From positions 82,522,001-82,586,000 of the forward strand of contig NC_088792.1 of NCBI RefSeq assembly GCF_011386835.1: a stretch of 64,000 nt of DNA, in the 5' to 3' direction. Shown here in pieces: positions 1 through 12,875 of this stretch. A program made the position numbers and the translations under genes. The first letter of the stretch is position 1; each line of letters begins with the position of its first letter. Source of the DNA: Chrysemys picta bellii (taxonomy: Eukaryota). The notes beneath the pieces were generated by a model that saw only the letters and a list, made by a program, of their open reading frames with translations, searched no databases and was not told the origin of the DNA.

Positions 1-290
1 CTTTTGGTGAGAGACCTTGTCAAAGGCTTTCTGAAAGTCCAAGTACACTATATCCAATGGATTACCCTTGTCCACGTGCTTGTTGACCCCCTAAAAGAAT
101 TCTAAGATTAGCCAGGCATAATTTTCCTTTACTAAAGGCATGATGGTTCTTTCCCCACATATTGTGTTAATCTATGTGTCTGATAATTGTGTTATTTATT
201 ATAGTTACAACCAATTTGCCTAGTACTGAAGTCAGGGTTATGGGCCTGTAATTGCAAGGATCGTCTATGGAGCCTTTTTTAGAAATCTGT
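1..290 (-). mobile_element. CR1 LINE ORF2 fragment (reverse transcriptase region), cut by window edge
   Basis: Minus strand of about 1-75 translates VDKGNPLDIVYLDFQKAFDKVSHQK, the CR1 RT motif. Confidence 0.92.
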
Positions 291-1039
291 CACTGCAGCA
301 GTAGAAACACACACATAAGGGACATAGAAGCCTTTATCAAAAGCCTAGTATATAGTAAATGCCAATGGGTTGAGCAGGCATGTAAATGCGATTAAAATTT
401 TTTTTTGTAAAATCTGGTTTAGAGCTAGCAAGAGCCCAGTGCTGAATTTCCCATTTTTCTGCTTTTTAATCATGACAGTAATTCTGTACACATTTGACGC
501 ACATTCGAATCTATTTTCCAGCTGACAATCCAAAGGATAACACCCTGCAGGAGTGTGCGAAGAGTTTAGTGTTTCTGCCTTTTAAAAAAATGAGCCTTTT
601 GTTGACGGTACAAAAAGGAGAAAAAATGCTTTTAGATTGTCTAAATTAGAATCTACATTTACGCCTTTTCTTTAAAATGTGGACACCATTCCTGCCCCTA
701 CCTCTAACCTGATTAAAAAACTCCCAAAGCTCATTCATTTGTATTTTATAATCCCATCCCTGACACTTCATCTTTTTCTGCCTTTTGGACCCCAATCCTG
801 CAAGTGTCTTTGTATGGACAGGCCCCACTGAAGCCAATATGGCTCATGGTGGGCACAGGGATCCACCCCCATTGATTCAACTGCAAGATCGGAGCCTTAA
901 ATTTGTAAGAGTCACCAACACAGGGAGTTATATGTGTCTGTATAGCGCTTAACATAATAGGCCCACATGCCTAATGGGACATTTGTGTGCTACCAGAACA
1001 TAAACATTTAATAATAAAATATGTAAAATGGGAGCATGT

Positions 1040-1230
1040 GAGGCCCTGATTCAAGCAAAGCATTTAAGCTAAGCTTAGCTTTACGCACATGCTCAGGTTT
1101 AAACACATGCTTACGTCCATCCCTACTCAACAAAGCACATGCTTAAACCCTAATGAAATCAATGAGATTTAAATGTGCGCTCACAGTGCTTTACTGAAAT
1201 GTGCATAAATAGTTTGCTGAATTGGAGCCT
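1040..1230. mobile_element. Old palindromic (hairpin-type) non-autonomous DNA element
   Basis: Imperfect terminal inverted arms (ggccctgattcaagcaaa ... tttgctgaattggagcct). Related copies near 19150, 50452 and 51810. Confidence 0.5.
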
Positions 1231-2789
1231 ATGGAACAAGCATTATTTAAATCTAAAATGAATCATCCTTAGTGTATCATGTAATTGAGTTTAACTATCT
1301 TTCAAGTCAACCTTTCAAACAGGAAAGGAGAAATATCTGTCGATCACGGAGATACTATAGTCAACTCTTTTTTTAAAAAAAACTATCAAAAGGAGAAGAG
1401 ATAAAATCAGCTCTTTGGTTTCAAAGTGAATGTCCCCTTCATTTAAATTTGGCCCTATTCTAAATCACATAATGAAAGTATGAATTAATGCTTTAGGGAA
1501 GGAGATAGAGTTTGGTCTTTCTCTCTCTCAAATACCCACTGGAGAATAAATTAGATAAAACTATATTAAGTTCACCAAGGTTACATTTTGAATTTAAATT
1601 GATCTTGTTTGTTCAGTGTTTTATAGTAATTGCCTCCAAGCTATCCTCATATGTCCAAAAGATTTCATATGCATTTATTTGCTTTAGCATTTTGATATTT
1701 GCATTTTTAACGGAAGCTCAGTCACAGTTTTTATTTTGTCTAATCTATCTACTAGGCTTTTATCCCACACTCTTCCCTTATGCACCTTATTCACAAAATT
1801 TGTAAGCACAATAAAAAAATCTCTAGCTTTCCCATGAATGCACCCCTCCACCCCCAAAATTGCTGCCCAGCCAGCACAGGTATTTATGTTTGCATCTTCC
1901 GGTTGCTGTTTTTGGATATTGTGTTTTGTTGCGGGAAGAATAGGTTTCACATTTCAATTTGAAGGCAGCAAGAGTAGAAATGGCACTAATCATCTTTGAG
2001 GAATGAGCCAACTCCTGAGAAAACACTGTCATATGCCTGACAGGGTTAAGAATTCCACTGTTCCTCTGAAGCATACTGTAAGTAATCAGTGGAGGTCATG
2101 GACGCGCTGAATGAGGTTGCTTGGTAGCTGGGCTGATTCCATGGAGGTCCTTGAAGATAGTGACTGAAACCTTGACCTATTGATTGTCTACCATTGTTTT
2201 CATTATTTGTAAAACACTAAAGTATATAGGAATTTCCTAAAACAGGTCATATAAATAGAGCAATCTAATCAGCCATATATTAGCTATATTGTAATTGTAC
2301 CTGTCCCATCCCAACTGATTGGATCCATTCATTGTCAATGGGTTTCAAGACAGCATATATACAATGTCAACAGTATGTTTATCTTAAAATAATAAACAAG
2401 GTTACATCTGTATACCTTAATCTATACCTATCATTCACAGAATTCTCAGTGAGTAACCTTGAGCCTACTCAATATTTACTAATCAATTATAAATTCGGAC
2501 TATTTCTCTAAAACTTTGGAGAACAAAACACCACCAACTGATAACGGGACAGACAGTGTCTGTCCCTGTATGAGTTTGCAAGGGAAAAGAGCCTTACTTT
2601 TGCATCCCTATTCAGGTGTTAGATCAATCCCAGACCTCTCACATGGGAAATGTTAGGACTACTCCAGGTTAGTGCCAACACTGGCACTAGTTTCTCCAAA
2701 GTAAAGTGGGAACTGGGGTCAAACAGCTCAGCTCATAACTCAATCATGGACTCACAAGAAGTGGCCATAGAACTTCCCCAAAATAATTG

Positions 2790-2992
2790 CTAGAGCAGAT
2801 CTTTTAGAAAAACATCCAATCTTGATTTAGAAATTGTCAGTGATGAAGAGTCCACATGACCCGTGGTCAATTGTTCCAATGGATAATTAATCTCACCGTT
2901 AACAATGTACACCTTACTTCCAGTGTGAACTTGTCTAGCTTCAACTTACACCCACTGGATCATATTATACCTTTCTTTGCAGATTATAAACT
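2790..2992 (-). mobile_element. CR1 LINE 3'-region fragment
   Basis: Decayed match to the CR1 ORF2 C-terminal region (gaaaaacatccaatcttgattt...gttccaatgg...aatctcac); compare the CR1 copies at 32222 and 34450. Confidence 0.7.
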
Positions 2993-4229
2993 CCACGTGG
3001 CAGGAACTGATATCTTTGCTTATATACAAAATTTTCAAAAATCACTATTGTCTGCTGAATTGGACTTAAGTTGGAAATGAACGGATTTTCGCCCCTATGT
3101 CATTCAGGGGCAGCCCACACCATATACAGTAGCTACTATTATCATCAAGAGCAGGCAAACTAGTTACTGTTGAGATAATGCCTGGATTAGATTAAAATTA
3201 GACGAATTCAGATTAAAGTTCAATTATTTTCTACCTTGCAGCACCTTTCCTTCAAAAAACCCCAAACTTTAGAGCACATTAAAATATATTCTCATGTAAA
3301 CAACATAAATCAATGGCAGTCCAAGGTTAGAACAGGGTCATGTCAGAAAATGCATATATCAGAAGATATCCATGATTCTAAATATAAAACTCTGAAATAT
3401 TTCCCATGCTTGAATTTTGGCCAGATGTGCAGAACAGAAACCAAAACAACCCCCCCAAAGCTTTATGTGATACTGCCAATTTGATTCAGGCACAGGTGAA
3501 TGCTTCCAAGAACAGAGTTACAGACCACATTACTTTTTAATAAATGAAAGATGAAATATTTATTCAGTCTTTTCCTAGGGCTGTTGATTGCAGAGGATAC
3601 CCGCTGTATGACCTGAAACTCACTGAGATGGTTATAACACACTTTGCTACATTTCTTAGACCTGAGAAAATAAGGAAGAGATGCGCAGCTGCAGAAATTA
3701 CAGTCCAGCGAAATAGCTGAAAAATAGCACTGCAAGAACAATGCTTCATACAAAAGGCAAATCTACTGCATGTATTACCCTGTGTGATATCTGCCACTGT
3801 CTTCAGGGGTCAAGCTGGGCCAGTTCACAGAAGCTCAGCGAGCTGGTACTTTCTTTTGTGCTCAATAATCTGAAGTATTCATTTTTAAAAATTAAACCCC
3901 AGCCTTTGGGTTGCAAATATTACCTTTCAAATACGAACCACCAGTGCTGTGCTGTCTTCCTGGGTCTAAAGAGCCTGCAATAATAGCCTTGAGAGCTGTG
4001 AACTGCCCCATTAATCTCACTGGGGTTTTAAAACTGAAATCTAACAATGCTAATTTAAATATCAGTATTGTTAAATTCTTTCACTGCTTATCAAAGCACA
4101 CCAGACATATTATGAAGATCTGCACAATCTACTGCAACATCTCATTTGGGTGTTACATGTAGCTGGAGCTTGGATTGTGAGCAGAGCTTAGCAGGGTATC
4201 AATTTTTTTTTTTTTTTTTTACCATTATG

Positions 4230-4560
4230 ATCTGTAAAATCGACAAACCAAAGGGGAATAAAGAAGCCTGGGAGGCATTCATGGCCCATCAAGGGGAGTC
4301 AAGCAGCAGAGCTTATGGGGCAGCTGAGACCCAGTGAGAGGGAGCTGAGCCCAGGTAGTTCAGCAGAGCCCAAGAGCGTATCTGAATCCCATGAAGTTCA
4401 AGCCCATCCCAAGAAGTCTAGCATTGCACCCACAATCACACTCTGGACCTCTGAGCAGTCAGAGTTTCTTTTTTGCATCTCAAGAGGGTGGAACTTGATT
4501 TATGGGTAGAACTTGACTTATGGGTGGAGTTTCAAGTGTACCACTTGTGGCTGTCAGTCT
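4230..4560 (+). mobile_element. Probable LTR fragment
   Basis: Composition and motifs resemble the LTR-like block at 7030-7925; termini not resolved. Confidence 0.35.
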
Positions 4561-4984
4561 CCCCACCCCCCATTTCACCTCCTGACTGTGTTCTACATCT
4601 ACAATCAGAAACAATTGTCTATATAGAAGGGTGAGACTTTCATATGCTAACTGGACACAAGTAGTGGTATTTTTTCCTCACTGTCAAACTGAGTACACAT
4701 TTAGCTTCTTGAATGACACTCATGTCTCATGCGTATATTGGAGAACAGCAGTAACCCTTAGATACAGACCCACTACAGCATCAGAATGTATCTCTAAATG
4801 CCAGTTATATCAAGCTCCAGTGCTTAGCTCTAATATAATATCTATACTGAAGCTAGACTTAGGCTTTTGAGGAGATGATCATAATGATTATGATTTCTAA
4901 CCATTATCAGTTTTCATTTCTTTATTTTAAAAGACAATGCATTTTGATGTCCACAAGATGAAATTCCTAGATTCCTATTGTTTG

Positions 4985-5235
4985 TATTAGAATAGCAGCC
5001 CTATCGGGATCAGTGCCAAGAAGTGCTAGGTATTGTACCAACACACAGTGAGAGACAGCCCCTGCTTAGAAGAGCTTACACTCAAAACAGAGAAAAAGTG
5101 GAAAGGGAAACAGATGCACAGGCAGAAAAAGAGACTAGCTCAAGGCCACAGAGCAGGCTACTGGCAGAGCCAGAATTAGAATCCAGGTCTCCTGACTCCC
5201 AGTCCTGTGCCCTATCTACTGGACTACACTTCCTA
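4985..5235 (-). mobile_element. L2 3' tail / MIR-type CORE-SINE fragment
   Basis: tgctaggtattgtacc...gagcttacac (L2 3' end, reversed), then gccagaattagaatccaggtctcctgactcccag (MIR-type). Confidence 0.7.
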
Positions 5236-5339
5236 CTGGATACCATCATATTTAATTATAGATAACTAGTGCAAGGCGACCAGCTCTTCTGGGGCATCTC
5301 TTTGTGCTTGGGGAGGACATGGAGATGTCTAAGGGAGTT

Positions 5340-5630
5340 GACAGATAAGTCTGAGGGGGATTAGAGATCACCCAGAAGATAAGTGGAGCTAAGGAGCACA
5401 GGGAGAAGCTTGAAGTGGTTTAAGGGAGAAGCTTGAAGGGACTTAAAGAAAAGCGAAGTTGACACCAGTGTCCTTGTGAGTCCAGAGAAAACACAACAGA
5501 CCAAAAGAAAGGAAGCAACCCAGAGAAGAATGGAAGGTCCTGTATGTGGATGAACAGGTGGCAAGGGGTGAGGGAATGTCTGTGGAACCCAAGTGGACCC
5601 CACAGTGGAACCCAAGACAGGATTTGTCTA
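5340..5630 (-). mobile_element. L2 LINE fragment (endonuclease region), decayed
   Basis: Minus-strand ORF ends ...SSTYLLGDL, resembling the APE 'xLILGDFN' motif; pyrimidine-rich L2-type composition. Confidence 0.5.
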
Positions 5631-7029
5631 AGTAGAGCTGGACAGAACGTTTTTTTGGTCAAAATTTCCTGATTCATCTTAACGGAAACGTTCTGTAGAA
5701 GCTGTTTGATTACAACAAAGTTTCTTGCCAGGTTGACTGCTCGTCTGCTCAGCAGCTCTGGTGGGCTGATGGGGAGCCAAGAGCCTGAGAGCCCAAGCTC
5801 TTCAGCAGCCTGGGCTCCAGGTCAGTGGTCCTGTGGCAGCCCACCAAGCAGACTATGCCAGAGCCAGGGCTCCATTCCCTTTCACACAGAACTGTTGGGG
5901 GGAGGCGGGGAGGTTCATTCTGAATCAGAATTAAACCAAATTTCAAAATGTGGAAATCCTCTGCAAAATGGATTTACCTTTCTCCCCCCAGCTTTGGCTG
6001 TAAGGTAAAGTTATGGGCCATTCTGGAACACAGACTCCTGTCTTGACTGGATTATATTGAACACTGTGCTATTGTCTCATGAGTTAGACTATATATATTA
6101 GGAACCACCCAAAGATCTTCCTTTATTGGTAAATTCAGACTCACATTGAAGACACATGAAAGCTACGCAAAGCCATGTCTCCCCTTGGGAAAGAGCTCTC
6201 TCATTATCTGTAGTATAATTTTATATCAATCACTATGTTACTAAGCTAGGATCCCAATTTAGAAGCACACTTATGGGGCGAGGGGGAGGGATGAAGAAAT
6301 CAAGCCCATTATAATACCTAGCACTCCTACAGCACCTTTCACCCAAGGATCTCAAAGCCCTTTAAAAATATTAATCAGCTAAAACAGGATTTATTTTTGC
6401 ATTTACATGAACAGAATTGGTAAGAAATGCATCGATATACAATAAAAAGCATGTTTTTGGCAGAAAGTGCTACACAGATACTCACTGGTTTAAATATTAA
6501 CTACAACTATCCTCATTAAAGCTGCTAGTGTGTTTACACATTTTAATTTCCTCCATACATTTGTCTTCCTGAAAGCATGTCAGAAACTAATGACAACTTT
6601 CAAGTTGGCTGGATTTCATTCTCTTGAATACAGACAAGTGGGGTTTAATTTGAAATCCGACATCACTTTAAACTATTAAATCGGAACACAGTGGTTTTAC
6701 AGTTTATCTTCAGCCAAGTGACTGAAGTGAGCTTGTACAAAAGCGGGCCAGCGTTAGCTGAAAAAGAATGATGAGTCAAAATCATATCAACATGCTGATA
6801 CATTCTAAATCATCACCATACTAATGGAAAACAACATTAAGGTTAATCAAATCAAGGATTTAAATTAAAAACTAAAAAAATAAAATGAGATATGCTGGCT
6901 TTGATGAATTGGGGGTTCTGTCTGTACCACTTCTGAACTGTGGATGATTTTATGAAATTGTATCATTAGATTACTCTGTCATGGAAAGCCTATATGTATG
7001 TGAATCCACTATAAGTTAGCAGGGTTAAG

Positions 7030-7925
7030 TCATGTCTGTGCCAGGCCAAAGACCACTGCAAGTGAGCAGCACTGAAGGATCATCTAGTCAAAGTAAAACA
7101 CCTTTTGAAAATGGATTTACTCTAGCTGGGAGAAGACACTTCCTGAAGGGGGAGTGGGAACTTGAGAGCAGTGGACAATTACCAAAAGGTAGAACAAAAG
7201 AAGCAGGTGACCCCAGCAGAAGTTGACCATGGGACTCACAGGGGGAAACTGGGAGAAGAGAGACATTTTGCACCAGATTAAGATGAGGGAAACTGCTGCA
7301 GTGGCATGCTAGCCAGGGGTTCGGAGGACCTTGCCTGCCTGACTGGCGGGACATAGATGGTCCCTCAAGGATTCCCATGGGAAGGGTGAGCTAGTGAGGG
7401 AAATTGTGTTTAGGATGTTCTATTGATTTGGGTAATCTGTACTATCCTGTGCTTCACATGATTAAATATAAAGAGCATAAAGTTGAAAAAACTGTATGAA
7501 GAGCAGATCTGTATATGCTTTACAACTACTGCGTGCCCCTGCGAGAGTTAAATTGCAAACCAGAAGCTTCACACACTTTTCGGGTAGAGATCAGGGAGAG
7601 GGGTGTGTTTAAGTGTGGCAAGCCTGAGGGATCAGTGGTGCACCTAGAGAAGCTAGGCAGTGGAACAGTGGGTTCCAACACTTGAAAGCGGGTACTGATA
7701 GAAGGCCTGAGCTCTGAGCATGTGCCTCAGGACAGCAAGATTGGGGCTGTGATTGTCTCTGTTCAGACTCCAGGAGCTTGAAATCTGGGAGTTCTGGAAC
7801 CCTGGCAATCCAGAGAGCAGAGGCTTGGATTCCCCTCACAGTAGTCCTAGTGGGTGGCTAGTAGGGAGTGCTCTAGAGCTATCTAATCCACAGCAGGGGA
7901 AAGTTACTGGGGTTCCCCATACAAA
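7030..7925 (+). mobile_element. Probable LTR (Gypsy/ERV-type), decayed
   Basis: Starts tgtc and has LTR-like composition; related to the 4230 fragment; no TSD resolved. Confidence 0.4.
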
Positions 7926-8159
7926 GAGCACAGATGCAACTGCTTTCTAAACAGAGAGCTTGAGCCTGCACGTCTCCACACACGCAGAGCTGCCACTGAC
8001 TTCAGTTGGGGGTCCATGCACACAGTTGTTGGAGAATTAGGGACATTTCCCACACACACCCTACCACCATCACCTCAGAAGATCAGGTATCTCCGCTTAC
8101 AAAAGAAAAGATGGTAGAGACACTGAACCATTTAAAATGCTTTATAATCAAAATTAAAT

Positions 8160-8366
8160 ATATGGAGATATACGTATCTCATAGAACTGGAAGGGACCTT
8201 GAAAGGTCATTGAGTCCAGTCCCCTGCCTTCACTAGCAGGACCAAGTACTGTCCCTGACAGATTTCCCCCCCCCCCCCCGATCCCTAAAGGGACCCCTCA
8301 AGGATTGAACTCTCAAGGCTGGATTTAGTAGGCCAATGCTCCAACCACTGAGCTATCCCTCCTCCC
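8160..8366 (-). mobile_element. Turtle tRNA-derived SINE with CR1 3' tail (tortoise Pol III/SINE type)
   Basis: Reverse complement starts gggaggagggatagctcagtggttggagcattggcc (tRNA-like A box), has ...gagttcaatcc (B box) and ends in CR1-type ggtcccttccagttctatgag. Sister copy at 45555. Confidence 0.9.
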
Positions 8367-8514
8367 AATAGCATGGGTTGAATTTATGTTCTGTAGAAAG
8401 TTCAGAAAAAAATTCATTTTAGAAATATCAAAATGACTCTATTGAAGTGCTTCATTTCGATATTATATTACATATTTTCAATGCAAGGGTTGAGGTAAAC
8501 CTCTGGTTGACATA

Positions 8515-9462
8515 CAGTAACTCCTCACTTAATGTTGTAGTTATGTTCCTGAAAAATGCAAATCCAATTTCCCCATAAGAATTAATGTAAATAGGGGGGA
8601 TTAGGTTCCAGGGAAATTCTTTTCACCAGAAATTTGTGTATACACATATATACACACACACACAGTATAAGTTTTAAACAAACAATTTAATACTGTACAC
8701 AGCAATGATGATTGTGAAGCTTGGTTGAGGTGGTGAAGTCAGAGGGTGGAAGAAGGTGGAATATTGCCCAGGGAATGCCTTACTGCTAAACGATGAATTA
8801 GCAGTCGGCTGAGGCCTCAAGGATTAACACATTGTTGTTAATGTAGCCTCACACTCTACAAGGCAGCACAAATGGAGGGAGGGGAGACAGCATGGCAGAC
8901 AGAGACAATGACACACACCCTGTGTAAGAGAGAGATGTGCATTGCCCCTTTAAGTACACTGACGCCACTCTAAGTACACTGCCTTTTTAAGTAGATCAGC
9001 AAGTCCAGACAGCCGCTGCTGCCAGAAAGATCCCTCCCGTGTGTGTGTCCCTCCCTGCTCTATGGAAATGAGATAAGCAGGAAGACACCCTGACATTAGC
9101 CCCCCTTCCCCCCACTTACATAGCAAGCAGAAGGCTCCTGGGAGCAGCTCCAAGGCAGAGGGCAGGAGTAGCACATGGCAGTGGGGGGAGGAACAGCTGA
9201 ACTGCTGGCAATTGATAGCCTGCTGGGCGCCTGCTGCACAGGGAACTTAGGGGAGCAGGGAGCTGATAGGGGAGCTGCCGGTCCACCCTGGTTCCAAGCC
9301 TCCACCAGCTAGCTCCAATGGGCTGCTCTTTCTGCAAGCGGTGACAAAGCAGGCAGCTGCCAAACAATGTTATAAGGGAGCATTGTGCAACTTTAAATGA
9401 GCACGTTCTTTAAGTGATCAGCAACATAACAACCCGGGACGACTTTAAGAGAGGAATTACTG
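8515..9462 (+). mobile_element. Tc1/mariner (Tigger-like) non-autonomous DNA transposon, copy 1
   Basis: TIRs cagtaactcctcacttaa / ttaagagaggaattactg with TA flanks at 8513-14 and 9463-64. Homologous over its length to 20479-21780. Confidence 0.9.
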
Positions 9463-9464
9463 TA

Positions 9465-9958
9465 ATAGCCGCCCTTCATTCAGGATAAATGTAAGAAGCA
9501 GTTAACTGAAACAACAGGAGCCACCACCCAAAACACAGGCCACAAGCAAACCCAATCAGGTGGCTAGAGGGATTTCACTGGGAATACAAATGCAGAGGCC
9601 CGGGTATTGTATTGGTGGAGTTCTGTGTGTGAGAGCAGCAGCAAGAAAACTCTTCAGGCAAACAGAGAAGGCAGCAGAAGGCAAGGACAGCCAGAGAAGC
9701 ATCTTTAACATGATCTTGAGAAAAAGCTAAGAGAGAACTTCTGGGGCAGAGTGCTGGCTGGAAAGAGGCTTGGAATATTGAACAAGAAAACTGTTTCGTG
9801 ATGTTTGATTCCTACTGTGGCCAGGGCAACTGGACTTGGCACACATTCTTTGTAAATAAACAGGATTGCATCAAAGAAATACCTGACTACATCAACAATT
9901 TCTCCTCCTAGTCGAAACAACCTGATTTGGCTAATTGCTTAGGTCAAAAAGGGTAACA
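9465..9958 (+). mobile_element. LTR 3' portion (ends ...gggtaaca)
   Basis: aataaa-like signal (gtaaataaac) and CA terminus. Shares gagaacttctggggcagagtgctggctg with the minus-strand LTR piece at 52727-53100. Confidence 0.65.
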
Positions 9959-10953
9959 ATATTATATTTATTTTTATATTATATTTTGGATTATGTACCC
10001 ACAGCTGCACCAGCAGCATACGGTGCAGTGTACTCGTGGGTGTCCGGCTACTACTGAGAAAGCTGGGAGGAAGGGGACTGGCCAAACCAGTTACACAAGC
10101 ACCTGTCCATACCACAAAAAACAGTGTTTCAAACTGGTTACAGGGAGGCAAACCGGAAGCCTGAGTCTCTGGCAGGGGCAAAATACAGTTAGCTAGTGAG
10201 TATTTTCACCTTGTGTTGTGGGGATACAATCATGTCTGGAAGCAATCATGAAACTAACTAGTTACAAACTCCTAGAAAAGTTGTAATGTGGATAGAGCAT
10301 TAGTAGCTTCATCTCTTCAGACTGTTGAAGGCATCAGTGATCCTTCCTATAGTTCTGGATAGAGCGCAATAGCTGCCACTATTGTCTGAGCACTACAACA
10401 CAATTGTTGCACTGCATCAACAGCTACCAACAAAACCTTACCATTGCCTCTTGTCACACTTGTGTTGATATAATGTACAATAACTTCCTGAAGTTTCATC
10501 TCCCTAGCACATTTGCACAGCCTAGGAGAAAGCTATCAGACATTTTGACAGGTGTTATAATAAAAACAGATAAAACCCACAAGGGAGAAATTTAACGGTC
10601 ATGCTGCTACTGTTCTAACTCCTACCAGAGCATTACCATGAATCAAAGCACAAACAGAGGCTTTTGTTCATGTTAATGAAGCATTCTTTGCTGAAATTAT
10701 CGCTTTTTCTTTTCTTGCTGTTATTTCTACTGCCATGTCCAGTGCCACAGCAAACCAATGGGGACTGAAAGGCAACAGTGTGTTAGCGCAGCTTGTTACA
10801 GCCAAAGAAAATTGGTGATAGTGCTACAGCCATGGCAGCACAAGAGCAAAGCCTCACTATCTGTACCACCTCCTCCATTGTCCAAACTGGTATAGGTCCA
10901 GGAGGTAAAGATAATGAGAATTAATTAACTTTCAACAGATGTCACATTCACCA

Positions 10954-11048
10954 GGTGAGATTCTGATTTCAGTTACACTAGTGTAAATCTGAAGGAACTC
11001 CTTTAACTCCAGATTTACACCGATGTAATCCAGATCAGAACCTGGCCC
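10954..11048. mobile_element. Short palindromic MITE
   Basis: Inverted arms gattctgatttcagttacactagtgtaaatctg / cagatttacaccgatgtaatccagatcagaacc. Confidence 0.6.
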
Positions 11049-11897
11049 TACAATCGCAGCTGAATTCCAGCTAACATCCTCTTCCAATGTTGGGTAGGAA
11101 AGCAGAGAACCTGTTGGAAACAAGGAGAAGATTGGCTGTAGCCTGTGAAGGAAGATTAGAATCTCTTTCTTTCTCTTCTCTCTTATGGGGAATTAGCAAA
11201 AACAGCTGGCTGATGATAGCTGGCAAATGCTACTTCAAACCCCTGTGGGCCAGGCATTATATTTTTGAAACACACTTTATTAAGTGCCAGTTGATGTACA
11301 AGAATAGGCCAGGTGAGAGAGCCATGAAAGTGCAAATCCACAGACAGGTTTCCCACTCCCTTTCCCCGCCACATTCCTCTTTATTGCTATAATTTTCCCC
11401 GACCTTCGGGCTCAATGCTTGCAAAAAACACAGAAGGGCTATCTCCAGCCAGACATATTCAAGTTAACAACACCACATACTAATATACTTGTTAAAATGT
11501 CCACATTAAATAAGATGAACGGTATTTGGGTGGGGGTAATACTAAATCAGGGAGCCTTTGAGATGCTTGGGCCCCAAACAATTGTTTAGTTTTCTTATGC
11601 TTAGCACCACCAACAACCTTTCTCACACCTTTAACATGATCGATAAGTGAGAAGTTTAGATTTCTAAATCCCATTGGCAACTTTAGTTCTTTTTCTGTCC
11701 AAAAACAAATGATCTATCTAAAATCTGTAGTCTCCATCACCTTAGTTTCTGAGCGCCTAATTATCTGACCTATTAATTTTAAAAGTAGCAAAGTTAGAGG
11801 ATGATCTCACCCTGTATTCTAATCACACTAATTTTATATTCAAATATTAAATCACAGGAACATTAGAATAATCCAGATATGCTATTGTCTAAATTCC

Positions 11898-12875
11898 CAA
11901 CCCAGGGGAAAAGAGGCCTTATAGTATAATTGCCAAAGAAGGGTGACCTTACCAACTGCAATAACTGGCAAGAAATCACATTACTCTCAATGCCTGGAAG
12001 CATCACGCACAACATTATCCTGGAATGTATCAAGAAAGAAATAGATTTCCAACTTATAGAGGAACAAGGAGGTTTTAGACCACTGAGATTATGTGCAAAC
12101 CATACTGCTGTTCTCAGACATATTATAATACAAAGTGTGGAGTGGCAAGAGCCAATTGTGGTAAATGTTATTGATTTCCAGAAGGCTTTTGACAGAGTAC
12201 GCAGAAACAGCCTTTTGAAAATTATGGCATACTATGGAATACCAAGAAAAATAATTAGAATCATCAAGGATCTATATGCTAATGCCAAATGTGCCATCAG
12301 AGATGGTGACAACATCAGCCAATGGTTTGCATAGACAACTGTACTAAAGGCAAGCAAACAACTTTCATAAACTTGAAAAGATTCGGAAAAGTGGCATGAC
12401 TGGCACGGATACTAAAACGTGAATATTTTACACGAGCATCATGTCTGTCCTTTATGGAGCAGTAGTCATGAAAATCTACAACAGAAATTGATAAGACGAT
12501 GAACTCATTCTGAAGTAAATGCCTGCAAAAGATCTTCTGAATTCATCTGAAATAATTTCTTGCAACATCAGAAATTCTAAGGAGAGCAAACCAACCTAAT
12601 ACATCAAACATGGTAAGAAGATGATGGTGGACATATTTAGGACATGCTTTAAGGATGTTACCAACATGACTTCCATAGCAAGTGACACTACTTGGAAAAA
12701 GAAAAAGAGGGCAAACCTAGAGAAACATTATGCAGAACAATAGAGAAAGAAGTCAAATTCATTGACAGGACACTCAGAAGACTGAACAGACCAGTACAAG
12801 ACTGAAATAAATGGCAGAAACTGGTGGACGCCCTCTGCACCTGAGGGTGCGGGAAGATAAAGAAAGAAGAAAAGA
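11898..12875 (+). mobile_element. RTE-clade LINE, 5'-truncated and internally deleted
   Basis: ORF 11930-12334 PKKGDLTNCNNWQEITLLS...EQGGFR...IDFQKAFDRV is the N-terminal RT region of RTE elements. It jumps to C-terminal/3' sequence ending gacgccctctgcacctgagggtgc plus a GA-rich tail. Confidence 0.85.

Noticed and set aside
8160-8366. tRNA gene (also at 45555)
   Set aside because: The tRNA-like head runs into a SINE body and CR1 tail; not a complete cloverleaf.
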